Shown here piece after piece: positions 25,050 to 34,856 of a stretch of DNA of 64,000 nucleotides (the stretch's first letter is position 1; the number at the start of each line of letters is the position of its first letter). The stretch is from Planctomycetota bacterium. Lineage in GTDB: Bacteria > Planctomycetota > GCA-002687715 > DRQF01. Position numbers and translations under genes: made by a program. Below the pieces are notes generated by a model, which saw nothing but the letters and a program-made list of their open reading frames with translations, was not told where the DNA came from and searched no databases. The stretch is from assembly GCA_027001995.1 (NCBI GenBank), contig JALTLO010000202.1, positions 1 through 64,000 of the forward strand, given 5' to 3'.

Positions 25050-27725
25050 CTACTTCCCGTTCAATTGTGGCACAGTCAGACTCTTTGAGCCTGACTGTGT
25101 TTTTTCTTGCCCAGCAATGAAGGCTTTGATGAAGTAGTCTCCAGGGGAAAGGGAAGATGGCAGCACTAGGTTGATGCTGAACTTACCGTCTTTCACTATT
25201 GTCTTTCCGTGAGCGACGACCTTGTGGTTCGCTGCTTGGTAGTTTTTCTTGATCAACTCGTCTTGGCCTTCTTGACCAGGTTTGACTTGGGCCAAGGGGA
25301 AGATGATGCGGTCTCGTTTGGCCTCGATGGTCACCCAGACGTCTTCATCTGCCTTCATCTCCGTTGCCCCTTGGATGATGATTGTGTCTCCGGGGTTGGC
25401 TGTCTCCTGGGCGTTGAGAGTGATGCTCGGAATGGGCTTCCTTAGTCTCGTTGCAGGATCGCCGAAGAGGACATACATGTGTTGGTGGTCTTTCATCAAC
25501 CGGTCGATATCCAAGCCTTTGGTGAGGCTCCCCGCAATCTGCGACATGGGGTCTTTTCTCCAATCCGATACTATGAACTGCTGCGCTGACCTGAGAACCT
25601 CGCCAATAGTCCTTCCGTCTTCTTTGAACAGCCCGGCGAGGAGGGACTTGCTCAGCAGAGAGTTGGCGAAAGGGTGGGAGATCCTGGTGGAGCCGATGAG
25701 TGCTAGGGGACCATGGGTGCGCCGCATGAGCTCTTCACCGATGCTATCCCGGTCTGGGTTGTCAAAGTGTGCGGTGCTGCAGGCGACAATGGTCATCAGG
25801 GGTGAAGCAAAGCCCGCATCCACCTGTGGGACGTCCCGGATGTCTAAAATGGGGAAGCGCTTCTTGCCGATACGCAAGCGATCGAATCCTCGAGGATATC
25901 CATGTCCCATGTAGGTGTAGACCAAAGAACCCTCGTTGAGGCGTTCGATAACCTTCTTGTTGAATTCTGCTGGGGGGTAGAGGTATTTGGAATTGCGATT
26001 CGCATAGGTCATGGTCACGTCGTAGCTTGCCGGAATCACATGGGTGAGTATCTTCCGTGCGTAGTTCTCAAGCAGGGCATCCACGACTGGGCCGAAACGA
26101 CCTTCACTGGCAATGAAGTTCAGCCTCTTGTTCCAGGGGCCGGTAATAGGTTTTGTTTCGTAGTCGACGGTGCGTTTGACCATTTTGAGGACTTCATCTT
26201 CTCGGCGAGCGGGGAAGCGGCCGATTGACATGCTCTGGGAATCTTTCGGCAGGAAGGCGGCATCACTGCTGGTTTCCCCATTGTAGTACGTCATGGTTTC
26301 CATTGTTGGCAAAACGGGCTTTTCTGAGTGCCAATCCACATCTCGGTCAGCGTCGCCCACCAAGAGGATGTAGCGAGGCCTTGTTTTCCATGTGGCGGAG
26401 GCTGCGGTGAGGAAGTCGCGAATTGCCAGAGGCGAGAACACACCGTTGTTGAAGCTGTCGTAGATCTCTCGGTCTGTCACCACCATGGTTTTGAGACCCT
26501 GAGAGTGGCGAAGATCGACCAATGCTGATAGGTAGGGCTTGTGGCGTTCCAAGGTAATGCAAACCCAATCAGCTCCGGCTGTTTCACCTCTGAGATCGCG
26601 TTTTGTCCAAGCAGACAACTTGGCCGGTTTGAAATAACCGTCGAAACTGACGGCGATGATTTTCTTTATCTTCTGAGGGCTACAGTCGACCGTGGAGCCT
26701 TCAAGCCAAGCTCGACGATTGACGTCGTAGAATCGATTGCGTCTTGTCCCAACACCAACGAAATGAAGTCCAACTGAGGATGAGGCCTGAGGCACATGGA
26801 GTTGGTAGAGGATTTGGGGTTGTTTTGTTGTCGGACCGGTGAGAAGCGTTTTGTAGGTGAGGGAAACGGAATCGACCAAGAGGTCGTTTCTGCGAATTGG
26901 ATTGACTTGGTTTCCCTTGTCTTTCCAAGTGACTTGGCGAGAGACGTTGCGGATGGTCAATACGGTTGCACTCTTGACCAGCTCGGTAGGGACATCAAAT
27001 GAAACTTCTATCTGGTTGCCGCCGACCCAGGTTTTACGACCGACGAATTTTCCGGCAAGTTCGCAAACCATTTCCTGTTTGGCGCTCTGTGATGCAGGGC
27101 CTCTGAGTCGAACAACGAGCTTCGCCTGGACCTTGTCCACCGGCCGCGGGCGGGGAGAGGTGTGCAGCAAGAAACTGGCAAAGTTCTTGGTCGGTGAGCC
27201 TGGCTTGTTTACCGCCGGGGGGATGCGGGCCCAAAACCAATGTGTGCGGTCTTCTCGTTTCAGGTCTAAGAGGTCGGCGCGCACGGTTTTCATGGGGTCA
27301 TAGATGAGGTCCTTCTCAAACTCTTGCTCTAAGAAACATTCTTTCAAGGTCTCAGCCGTGGGCCGGGGGCGATAAACGCGAATGCGGTTGGTTCTGGGTT
27401 TGAATTCCAGGTGGTAGACGCCGTTCTTGGAGTAAGGGCTGGCACTAGCTTCGCCGTAGAAAATGAAACTGCTTGAGCGATCAAAGCGCCCGCCGTTGAG
27501 AGAGCGAAACGTCATGGGCGTCTCCAATCGCCCTTTCATCAGACGCATGCGCTCAGAATTGAGGGGGCGACCATTCACCAGATGGGCGATGTCATTCCAT
27601 GTGACTTCATAGAGACCGTCCCGATTTACCTCGATTCGGACACCTGGGCTGGTGGATTGAGCATGAATCGTCATGCCAAGAAAAAGAAAGCAGGCAAGTT
27701 TCAAAATCAATCGCGTGTGCGCCAT
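25050..27725 (-). CDS. Secreted peptidase C25 (gingipain/PorU-like) family protein
   Basis: Signal peptide, IEVNRDGLYEVT, IYDSFNNG..SP.AIRDFL, YILLVGD, IGRFP. Catalytic His (YMGHG) and Cys (ACST). YVLFGDP. Confidence 0.9.
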   Translation of the reverse strand: MAHTRLILKLACFLFLGMTIHAQSTSPGVRIEVNRDGLYEVTWNDIAHLVNGRPLNSERMRLMKGRLETPMTFRSLNGGRFDRSSSFIFYGEASASPYSKNGVYHLEFKPRTNRIRVYRPRPTAETLKECFLEQEFEKDLIYDPMKTVRADLLDLKREDRTHWFWARIPPAVNKPGSPTKNFASFLLHTSPRPRPVDKVQAKLVVRLRGPASQSAKQEMVCELAGKFVGRKTWVGGNQIEVSFDVPTELVKSATVLTIRNVSRQVTWKDKGNQVNPIRRNDLLVDSVSLTYKTLLTGPTTKQPQILYQLHVPQASSSVGLHFVGVGTRRNRFYDVNRRAWLEGSTVDCSPQKIKKIIAVSFDGYFKPAKLSAWTKRDLRGETAGADWVCITLERHKPYLSALVDLRHSQGLKTMVVTDREIYDSFNNGVFSPLAIRDFLTAASATWKTRPRYILLVGDADRDVDWHSEKPVLPTMETMTYYNGETSSDAAFLPKDSQSMSIGRFPARREDEVLKMVKRTVDYETKPITGPWNKRLNFIASEGRFGPVVDALLENYARKILTHVIPASYDVTMTYANRNSKYLYPPAEFNKKVIERLNEGSLVYTYMGHGYPRGFDRLRIGKKRFPILDIRDVPQVDAGFASPLMTIVACSTAHFDNPDRDSIGEELMRRTHGPLALIGSTRISHPFANSLLSKSLLAGLFKEDGRTIGEVLRSAQQFIVSDWRKDPMSQIAGSLTKGLDIDRLMKDHQHMYVLFGDPATRLRKPIPSITLNAQETANPGDTIIIQGATEMKADEDVWVTIEAKRDRIIFPLAQVKPGQEGQDELIKKNYQAANHKVVAHGKTIVKDGKFSINLVLPSSLSPGDYFIKAFIAGQEKTQSGSKSLTVPQLNGK

Positions 27726-27938
27726 GGTGTAGCCCTTCGTTGTATTAGGTGGTCAGTATTTATCCTGACCGTGGGCCTGAGTATAGCCTGATGGGCGAGG
27801 AGCCCATAGCCCGAAGTTCCCTCTGACTCTGTCTGATATGGGATTTGCTCCTGTCGCTTGGGTCGGCTACAACATGAGAACGAAGCCTCAATCTTGGGAT
27901 TGGGCTCTTTGCTACGAATCTTGGAGTTTTGCGCCGAA

Positions 27939-29576
27939 ATGCGGGTCTTATTCGTTTATCCCAGCATTGATTGCCCTGCGGGCATTAACCACGGTTTGGC
28001 AGCGATCAGTGGGGTCTTAAAGGCCGCCGGTCACGAAACGAAACTCCTCCACGTCTGTGAGAAACTCTGGCCAATTCCCACCTACGATGAGTTGAAGGAA
28101 CTGGTCGAAGACTATGACCCAGGGGTCATCGGTTTTTCCGCTATGAGTCAGCAATATGACTGGTGTGTTGAGATGGCGGGTCGCCTTGATGCTGATTTCG
28201 ATATCACGACGGTTGTTGGTGGCGTGCACTGTACCATGGTTCCGGAAAAGGTTACCGAAGATGGGGCCTTTGACTTTGTCTGCGTTGGCGAAGGTGAGCT
28301 CGCCATGCTCGATTTGGTCGAGAAATTAGTGGCAGAGGAAGACCCCACGTCCGTTGCCAATATGCGCATTCCGGCGAATCGTATTGATCGGGTGTTGGGG
28401 CGGGTCACCTGTGCCCTTGGGTCAGAGCCGTTGAGCTATGGTGGCAGTGGTCCGATTGTCAACAAGGTCGGGGCTTTTCCTGAGTTGACAGAGCTTCCTG
28501 GCAAAGACTATGACCTCTTCGACTTGGACCACATCATTCGCGAACGCAATGGTTGGATGGGCATGCTCACATCCCGTGGATGTCCCTATAAATGCACCTA
28601 TTGCTTTAATCAAGAGATCGTTGATCGCTATTTGGAAGATGGTGCGGCGAGCAAAGGAAAAGAGTACCTGCGCCACTACGATTTTCGTCGGATTCTTGAC
28701 GAAATCAAAGAGCTCAAACGTCGACATCCCCACATGACGACGCTTATTTTTGACGACGACCTATTTACTTTGAATCGTCAATACGTCAAAGAGTTTTGCC
28801 AAGCCTATATCGAAGCTGAGATCAATTTACCTTTTGTGGTGAATGCTCATGTGCAGAAATTCGACGAAGAGATGGCTGGGAACTTGGCCCGTGCTGGCTG
28901 TATGATTGTCAAGTATGGTTTGGAGAGTGGTAGTCCTGAAATTCGGCGTCAAGTTCTTTGGCGTTATATGACCAACGACAAAATTGAAGCCTCTTTTCAA
29001 GCGGCCCACAAGTTCAACCTTCATACCTCAGCCTTTGTCATGTTCGCATTGCCCCATGAAAGCTGGGAACAAATCAAAGAGACGATTCGACTTTGCGCTC
29101 GGGTTAAGATGGGGCGCTTCCGATGGGCGATCTTTTTTCCATTCCCAGGAACGGCTGGCCATCGCATCACCATGGAAGCCGATCTCATCGACCCAGAAAA
29201 AGCGAAAGGGATGGGCAACTACTTCGATGGTTCTTGTCTCAAGTTCGGAGCTGAACACGATCTTTTGATTGAGAAATTGGGTAAGTGTTTCCACTGGTGG
29301 GTGAATGCTGAGACGGATTGGCCAACGGCACCCCGTTATCGGGAGCTGGTAGAAGAACTGGAAGCCATGGATCGCGTTCAGTGGGATCAGTGTAAAGACA
29401 AAATCCAAGACCGCGATCGCCAGGTGTCTGAGCAATTCATGAAGCAAGGTCTCCCTCATTATAGTGTGCGCTACAGCCATGTTATGGCGGTGCATTCCGA
29501 TTTCGTTGAATGGGAGCGACGCAAAATGGCCAGTAATGCTAGCCCAGATAATCTCGAACAGTACAGTCTTGATTGA
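27939..29576 (+). CDS. Cobalamin (B12)-binding radical SAM protein
   Basis: N-terminal B12-binding domain (GLAAIS.VLK, VVGGVHCT, VCVGEGE), TSRGCPYKCTYC, FDDDLF, GLESGS, PFPGT. Confidence 0.92.
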   Translation: MRVLFVYPSIDCPAGINHGLAAISGVLKAAGHETKLLHVCEKLWPIPTYDELKELVEDYDPGVIGFSAMSQQYDWCVEMAGRLDADFDITTVVGGVHCTMVPEKVTEDGAFDFVCVGEGELAMLDLVEKLVAEEDPTSVANMRIPANRIDRVLGRVTCALGSEPLSYGGSGPIVNKVGAFPELTELPGKDYDLFDLDHIIRERNGWMGMLTSRGCPYKCTYCFNQEIVDRYLEDGAASKGKEYLRHYDFRRILDEIKELKRRHPHMTTLIFDDDLFTLNRQYVKEFCQAYIEAEINLPFVVNAHVQKFDEEMAGNLARAGCMIVKYGLESGSPEIRRQVLWRYMTNDKIEASFQAAHKFNLHTSAFVMFALPHESWEQIKETIRLCARVKMGRFRWAIFFPFPGTAGHRITMEADLIDPEKAKGMGNYFDGSCLKFGAEHDLLIEKLGKCFHWWVNAETDWPTAPRYRELVEELEAMDRVQWDQCKDKIQDRDRQVSEQFMKQGLPHYSVRYSHVMAVHSDFVEWERRKMASNASPDNLEQYSLD

Positions 29577-29639
29577 GTCTCTAAACGAGATTCATGGTGC
29601 ATAGGGGCAGGAGGGGGCTACTTCCCCCAAGGTTTTGCT

Positions 29640-29667
29640 TTGCGCATTTGGCCAATCGCTCTATGAT
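29640..29667 (+). promoter_or_regulatory. Putative sigma70 promoter of the metalloprotease gene
   Basis: TTGCGC-N16-TATGAT about 130 nt upstream of ATG 29796. Confidence 0.35.
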
Positions 29668-29795
29668 AATTTGAATCTTGGAATTCACCGTTTTGTTACT
29701 GCGGTGGGTTGGGCGTGCCAGCAGCTGTCACAGAGAGACTGTGCTTGCCCATTATTGTTGACCAAGAAGTCGATCCCCATTTTGAGGAGAGAAGG

Positions 29796-32504
29796 ATGCC
29801 TTCAAGTATCCCTGCCATTTTCCGTGTTGGCCTCGTGCTGTCGTTGATGATACTGGGTTCTTTCTTCCAGAACCGATTCTCCGAAGATATGGACGACCAG
29901 AACTATGGTGTGGTGAAGGAGATTATCTCTCGGGAGGGATTCGATCGGATGGCTCCTATGCACCAAAAAATGCTGGTGCATATCGTCAAGAGAAATGAGG
30001 GATCTGAGATGGCGCCCGTCGCCGCTTGTTGGGATACAGCCCCTACAGACCCGGAGACGATTGATGCATTCAATGCAGCGATTTCTCTGGGCCAGTCCAA
30101 TCTTCCCGAATATCAAACGGGCATTCGTTGGTCGAATACGGCCATCTCTGGCGGTGGCCTTGGGCAAGGAGATGTGACGACGTTGACTTATAGTTTTGTT
30201 CCCGACGGGACGTTTGTTCCCAATGGTGTGGGTGAACCCGGCGCCAACAGTAATCTCTTTGCTTGGCTCAATGGCATCTATGGTAGCCCAGCAGTTTGGC
30301 AACAGATTTTCGCCGAAGAGTTTGCCCGCTGGAGTGATGCCACTGGAATCACCTATGTCTATGAGCCTAATGATGACGGGGTAACCCTGTCCACTGCCAA
30401 CGGCGTTGTGGGGGTTCGCGGTGACATTCGCATCAGCGGCAAGTTTATTGATGGGGCAGGTGGTGGGGGCGGCTCCATCCTTGCCTACAACTCTTTTCCA
30501 AACGATGGTGACATGGTCCTTGATTCTGCGGACCCAAGTTACTCCTCTGCTGCCAATGATTCTCGGGCCTTACGCAATGTGGTGTCTCATGAGCATGGTC
30601 ATGGTTTGGGTTTTTCTCATGTCTGTCCTCAGGACGGTACCAAGCTTATGGAACCTTCTTTGGTAACCAGTTTTTTGGGCCCCCAGCATGACGAGATTTT
30701 GGGGGCTCAACGACAGTATGGCGATAACTCGGAGCCCAACGACACCGTGGGTAACGCGACGAATCTCGGGGCCTTGGGCGATGGTGTCACCACGGTGGCG
30801 AACGTCTCTACCGATGATAATAGTGACTTGGATGTCTATCGTTTCACGATCAATTCCCCCAAGACCGTGAATCTCACTTTGCGGCCGATTGGCTTGACCT
30901 ATCTCGAGGGGCCTCAAGGTGGGGGTGGCGCTTGCTCTGCGGGGACGAGTTTTAATTCTCTGACAATCAGTGACCTCACTTTGGAATTTCTTGATTCCGA
31001 TGGTTTCACTATCTTGGGGTTGTCGAACGGGAACCCGGCTGGACAAAACGAATCTTTGAATAGCATCAATTTGCCTTTGGCCGGTACTTACTATGTGCGG
31101 GTTTCGCCAGATGCCACCAATAACGTTCAACTCTATGAACTCGATGTTGACTTGGCTTCTTATGTTCCCCAGCCCATAGCAATCGAGTTTCCCGACGGGA
31201 TTCCTGCGGCTATAGATGCCCAGTATGTCAATCATTTGCGGGTCGACACCAGTAATTCCTCCGTTACCCCGGACCCGGCCAATTCCTATGTTTATGTTCG
31301 TGTTGATGGTGGGCCCTTTATTCAGTTGCCCATGATTGATCAAACGAATGGTATTTTCTGGGCCAACTTGCCTCCGGCCCTCAATTTCTCGAAGGTCGAC
31401 TTCTACATTGAGATGAACGCCATCGGTGGTGGGGGTAACAGTCTGAGCCCGGCGAATGCGCCCACATCTTTTCATACGGTTGATGTTCTCCAAAGAAACA
31501 CCGTGGTCGTATTCGAGGATGATTTCGAAACGGACAAAGGCTGGACTGTTGTGAGCGAAGCCTCGGTGACGGGGGGAGCTTGGGAAAGGGCCATGCCAAG
31601 TGGTGATGGAACTCGCGGTGATCCACTCGTCGACTTCGATGGTTCAGGGCGATGCTATGTCACAGAAAACGGGGCAGGCAACACGGACGTGGATGGTGGC
31701 AAGACTCGTTTGATTTCTCCCACCATGGATTTGTCTGGATATGCCACCGCAAGGATCAAGTACGCCTTTTGGTATAGCAATGATCATCCCAACGGATCTC
31801 CAGATGGAGACCCTTTTGATATCCATGTTCGGGAGTCAAATGGTTCGCCATGGGTATTGGTGGAGCGTGTCACGGCCAGCCCCAACTCTTGGTTGGAGAG
31901 GGAAGTGGTTGTCCCGTCCTTCATCAATTTGACTTCTACCTTCCAGATACGCTTCCGTGCCGAAGACAGGAATTCCCCCAGTGTGGTTGAGGCCGCAGTT
32001 GATGCGGTGGTCGTTCATGGCTGCCCCTTGGACAACCCCATTGGGCCTTGTGCTGATGGCAGTGTTGGCTTGGGGCTTGGTCCTGCGGTACCTACTTTGT
32101 TGGTGCAGAATTCAGATGGTGGGCCAGACAAAGAGATTTTCGTGGCAGTGAACACGCCTTACGTAGTTGCTGTCTCCAATCCTCCTCTTCAGTCCAATGC
32201 CCAGTACGCGATGTTTGCTCGGATTGGCAAGCCATCCCCCGGGGAAGCATTTCCCATCTCTCTTGAGGCTGGGGATATGTGCTTCACACCGGCATTGGCT
32301 GATCCTCTCAACCCCCTTCTATTCACTGTAGCATGGGCCGCACCGAACCCGCCTGCGGGTGTTCTTGATCCCACGGCCACCCCAGCGCCCTGGTTTTCTG
32401 CGAGTCAGGGGTTCCCATTTCCGATCACAGTCTCAGTGCAGTGTGCGATTTTCGAAGGGGTTGTGTTGAAGGTCTCAAATATGGTCTTCTTGACCATTTT
32501 CTAA
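29796..32504 (+). CDS. Secreted metzincin (matrixin/M10-like) metalloprotease with PPC and MAM-like domains
   Basis: HEHGHGLGFSH zinc motif, Met-turn KLMEP, EPND...D.DVY...GTYYVRV (PPC), FEDDFE..GW...LISP..DLS (MAM-like). GAGGAG RBS. Confidence 0.9.
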   Translation: MPSSIPAIFRVGLVLSLMILGSFFQNRFSEDMDDQNYGVVKEIISREGFDRMAPMHQKMLVHIVKRNEGSEMAPVAACWDTAPTDPETIDAFNAAISLGQSNLPEYQTGIRWSNTAISGGGLGQGDVTTLTYSFVPDGTFVPNGVGEPGANSNLFAWLNGIYGSPAVWQQIFAEEFARWSDATGITYVYEPNDDGVTLSTANGVVGVRGDIRISGKFIDGAGGGGGSILAYNSFPNDGDMVLDSADPSYSSAANDSRALRNVVSHEHGHGLGFSHVCPQDGTKLMEPSLVTSFLGPQHDEILGAQRQYGDNSEPNDTVGNATNLGALGDGVTTVANVSTDDNSDLDVYRFTINSPKTVNLTLRPIGLTYLEGPQGGGGACSAGTSFNSLTISDLTLEFLDSDGFTILGLSNGNPAGQNESLNSINLPLAGTYYVRVSPDATNNVQLYELDVDLASYVPQPIAIEFPDGIPAAIDAQYVNHLRVDTSNSSVTPDPANSYVYVRVDGGPFIQLPMIDQTNGIFWANLPPALNFSKVDFYIEMNAIGGGGNSLSPANAPTSFHTVDVLQRNTVVVFEDDFETDKGWTVVSEASVTGGAWERAMPSGDGTRGDPLVDFDGSGRCYVTENGAGNTDVDGGKTRLISPTMDLSGYATARIKYAFWYSNDHPNGSPDGDPFDIHVRESNGSPWVLVERVTASPNSWLEREVVVPSFINLTSTFQIRFRAEDRNSPSVVEAAVDAVVVHGCPLDNPIGPCADGSVGLGLGPAVPTLLVQNSDGGPDKEIFVAVNTPYVVAVSNPPLQSNAQYAMFARIGKPSPGEAFPISLEAGDMCFTPALADPLNPLLFTVAWAAPNPPAGVLDPTATPAPWFSASQGFPFPITVSVQCAIFEGVVLKVSNMVFLTIF

Positions 32505-32580
32505 GGTAAATGGCAGAATGAAGAAATGAGGCCCGTGGCCATTGGCTGGGGCCTTCTTTTCTTGGGGGAGAATCTCAGTT

Positions 32581-33132
32581 TTGAACACATCAGTCCAAGA
32601 ATTGAGCCGTTGGGCACCAGCTCGATCGTCGAAAATGGATTTTCCCTTGTATGCCTACATACCAGGGAGATTTCCCCATCCGAGGACAAATGTTGATGGC
32701 CACAGTCATGGCAAAGCCCATCCCAGTGAAGGGGCCTTTGATCATCAAAACTGGCAAAAGGATGGGCGTTGGCTCTATGCTGTTGATCTCTACAACGCCG
32801 GGTTCTTTTGGGAAAGCCATGAATACTGGGAGGCACTTTGGCATTCCGAAGACCATGTCGGACCTGTAGCACTGTTACTCAAAGCGTTGATCCAAACTGC
32901 TGCGGCCCATATCAAAGCGATTGATGGAAACCTCAAGGGCGTTGAGATTCTGGCGGCACGTTCTGACCAAATGTTTGCTGACCTGAAAAAGGAAGGTCAT
33001 GAACTCCTTTTGGGGCTTTCATTGGATGATTTTCGGCTGCGGCGTAACAATTGGTTTGCTCATGTCTTGCAAGAGGATTCTCTCAATGCAGCATTGTTTC
33101 CATTCGTTCATCTCAATCAGAATGGAGGTTGA
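32581..33132 (+). CDS. DUF309 domain protein
   Basis: FPLYAYIPG..PHP, DLYNAGFFWESHEYWEALW, LKALIQTAAA. Start uncertain (TTG 32581 or ATG 32635). Confidence 0.85.
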   Translation: MNTSVQELSRWAPARSSKMDFPLYAYIPGRFPHPRTNVDGHSHGKAHPSEGAFDHQNWQKDGRWLYAVDLYNAGFFWESHEYWEALWHSEDHVGPVALLLKALIQTAAAHIKAIDGNLKGVEILAARSDQMFADLKKEGHELLLGLSLDDFRLRRNNWFAHVLQEDSLNAALFPFVHLNQNGG

Positions 33133-33137
33133 CTTGG

Positions 33138-34172
33138 ATGCCCGAAGTACGATCGTTTGAGCAAGATTTGGATGGGCTCAATGTGCAGTGTTGGGAGATC
33201 AAAGATGAGTCATCTGGTCTTTTGGCCTTCCTTTCATTGGTGGAAAGATCGGAGCGTCCTGCCTTTGGCGGCATTCGGAGGCAGCGCTACCCAAATGCAG
33301 CTTCCGCATTCGTTGAATCTCAGATTCTAGCCATCCAAATGGCACAGAAGCTTGCCTTCGCAGATCTTGATCACGGTGGAGCAAAAATGGTCATCGTTGA
33401 TTCTGACGACTTTCGCCACAGGCAGGCCTATCCCATAGTCGGGGAGTTCATTCAGTCCTTGAATGGACGCTATTTTTGCGGCCCAGATGTGGGTACAGGT
33501 GAGGAAGAGTTGGCCTTACTGCGAACCGAGACGGTATTCGTCAATCATGTGAGTAACAATGCCGGAAGGGCAACGGCTGCCGGTGTGCTCGCTGGTATGA
33601 AAGCGGCGGTGAGGCATCTGGGTTGGGTCGAGGGACTGACGAATCGCCAGGTGTTGATTCAAGGACTGGGCTCCGTAGGAGGAGCTATAGCTCAAGAGCT
33701 TGCTGCTCTGGGGGCGCACATTCTACTCTTGGATTTAGATGAGAGGCGGGCTGAATCCTTGCTGCAAGAACTTTCTCAGCGTGGGAATAGGGGAGAGGTC
33801 ATCGCTCCTGACAAATTGCAGGATGTCGCCGCTGACGTTTTTTGTCCTTGTGCAGTGGGGGATGCTGTAGACGAAACTTGTGATCGCTTTGCTCTTGTTT
33901 GCGGCAGCGCCAACCTACAAATCATGTCGCCTGAAGTTGGGGCTCACCTATTTCGCCAGGGTTGTCTTTATGTCCCAGAGATTGCTGTGAATGCCGGGGC
34001 TGTGATTGAGGGGGTTATCCAGGTGAGGGCAAAGCGTGAGCCGCAGAATTCCAGCCAAAAACATATCACTGCCACTGAACAAAGAGTTCAAAACCTTCTA
34101 CGTCTTGCTCAGGAAAAAGGGCAATCACCTCACGCTTGGATCCAACAGTGGTGGCAGGATGTTCGCCCTTGA
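33138..34172 (+). CDS. Glu/Leu/Phe/Val dehydrogenase family protein (leucine dehydrogenase-like)
   Basis: PAFGGIR, LA..M..K, GGAK, GPDVGT, ATAAGV, IQGLGSVG, PCAVG, GSAN, NAGAVI. GGAGG RBS. Confidence 0.88.
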   Translation: MPEVRSFEQDLDGLNVQCWEIKDESSGLLAFLSLVERSERPAFGGIRRQRYPNAASAFVESQILAIQMAQKLAFADLDHGGAKMVIVDSDDFRHRQAYPIVGEFIQSLNGRYFCGPDVGTGEEELALLRTETVFVNHVSNNAGRATAAGVLAGMKAAVRHLGWVEGLTNRQVLIQGLGSVGGAIAQELAALGAHILLLDLDERRAESLLQELSQRGNRGEVIAPDKLQDVAADVFCPCAVGDAVDETCDRFALVCGSANLQIMSPEVGAHLFRQGCLYVPEIAVNAGAVIEGVIQVRAKREPQNSSQKHITATEQRVQNLLRLAQEKGQSPHAWIQQWWQDVRP

Positions 34173-34225
34173 GAAAACGGCAGTGGGCGACTTCAGTCTG
34201 GCGCCGAGGTCAAAGAAGCGAGGGG

Positions 34226-34714
34226 CTAACCGACCTTGACTGTGACCCCAATGACCTGCCCCTCACACACCAAGCGGTCGTCCACCCAGCATTGCATGTC
34301 GAAGACGGCTCGCCTACTTCTTGCAGCAACAGCTTTGACAACGACGATGATGCGGTCCCCGGGTTTGACCGAGCCGCGGAATTTGATTTTCTCCAAGCCA
34401 CCAAAGGCGAAGATCTTGTCATCAAACTTGCCAAGCTTCTGTTGGAAACAAAACGATGACGCTTGAGCAGCAGCCTCGACCATGAGCACACCGGGAAACA
34501 TGGGGTTTCCCGGGAAATGAGCGCGCACCCAGAACTCGTCGTCGGTGACATCCCGGACAGCGACGGCCCCCAAAGGTTCTTCGTCGTAGTGAGCAATGTA
34601 ACTCAATTGCTCGAAATCGAATCGATGAGGATTGATGGCTCGCAAGTCTTCGCGGCTACAGTGGACGTGTTCTAGGTCAATTGACGAAAAATCGATGAGT
34701 GGTGCTGCAGGCAT
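34226..34714 (-). CDS. fabZ: 3-hydroxyacyl-ACP dehydratase (FabZ/FabA hotdog family)
   Basis: NPHR, EFW..AHFPGNPMFPGVLMVEAAAQ, KFRGSVKPGD. Start MPAAP after GGGAG. Confidence 0.9.
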   Translation of the reverse strand: MPAAPLIDFSSIDLEHVHCSREDLRAINPHRFDFEQLSYIAHYDEEPLGAVAVRDVTDDEFWVRAHFPGNPMFPGVLMVEAAAQASSFCFQQKLGKFDDKIFAFGGLEKIKFRGSVKPGDRIIVVVKAVAARSRRAVFDMQCWVDDRLVCEGQVIGVTVKVG

Positions 34715-34856
34715 GACTCTTTCTCCCAGTTTGAAGGGCAGAGGATAAGAAGGAGAGCGCCTTTTGGCAAATTGGATTTCTACGGCAGGCTTGAGACGGC
34801 AAGTTGAGCCATCTGAGGCGCATTCACTGCTGCGACTCTCTATTATAGGTGCGTTT

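Noticed and set aside
27751..27906. Short inverted repeats in the C25 / B12-rSAM divergent region (GGTCAG-N8-CTGACC and others); possible cobalamin riboswitch
   Set aside because: No B12-box or other cobalamin riboswitch core is recognisable, and the 6-bp stems are within chance expectation.
30570..31493. 307-aa antisense ORF (also 37935-38705, 36719-37417, 25282-25914 and many shorter ones)
   Set aside because: They lie opposite or within well-supported genes, carry no recognisable motifs, and are expected shadow ORFs.
32527..32561. Possible terminator after the metalloprotease gene
   Set aside because: Stem is imperfect (bulge and several G-U pairs). Plausible but too weak to list as a feature.
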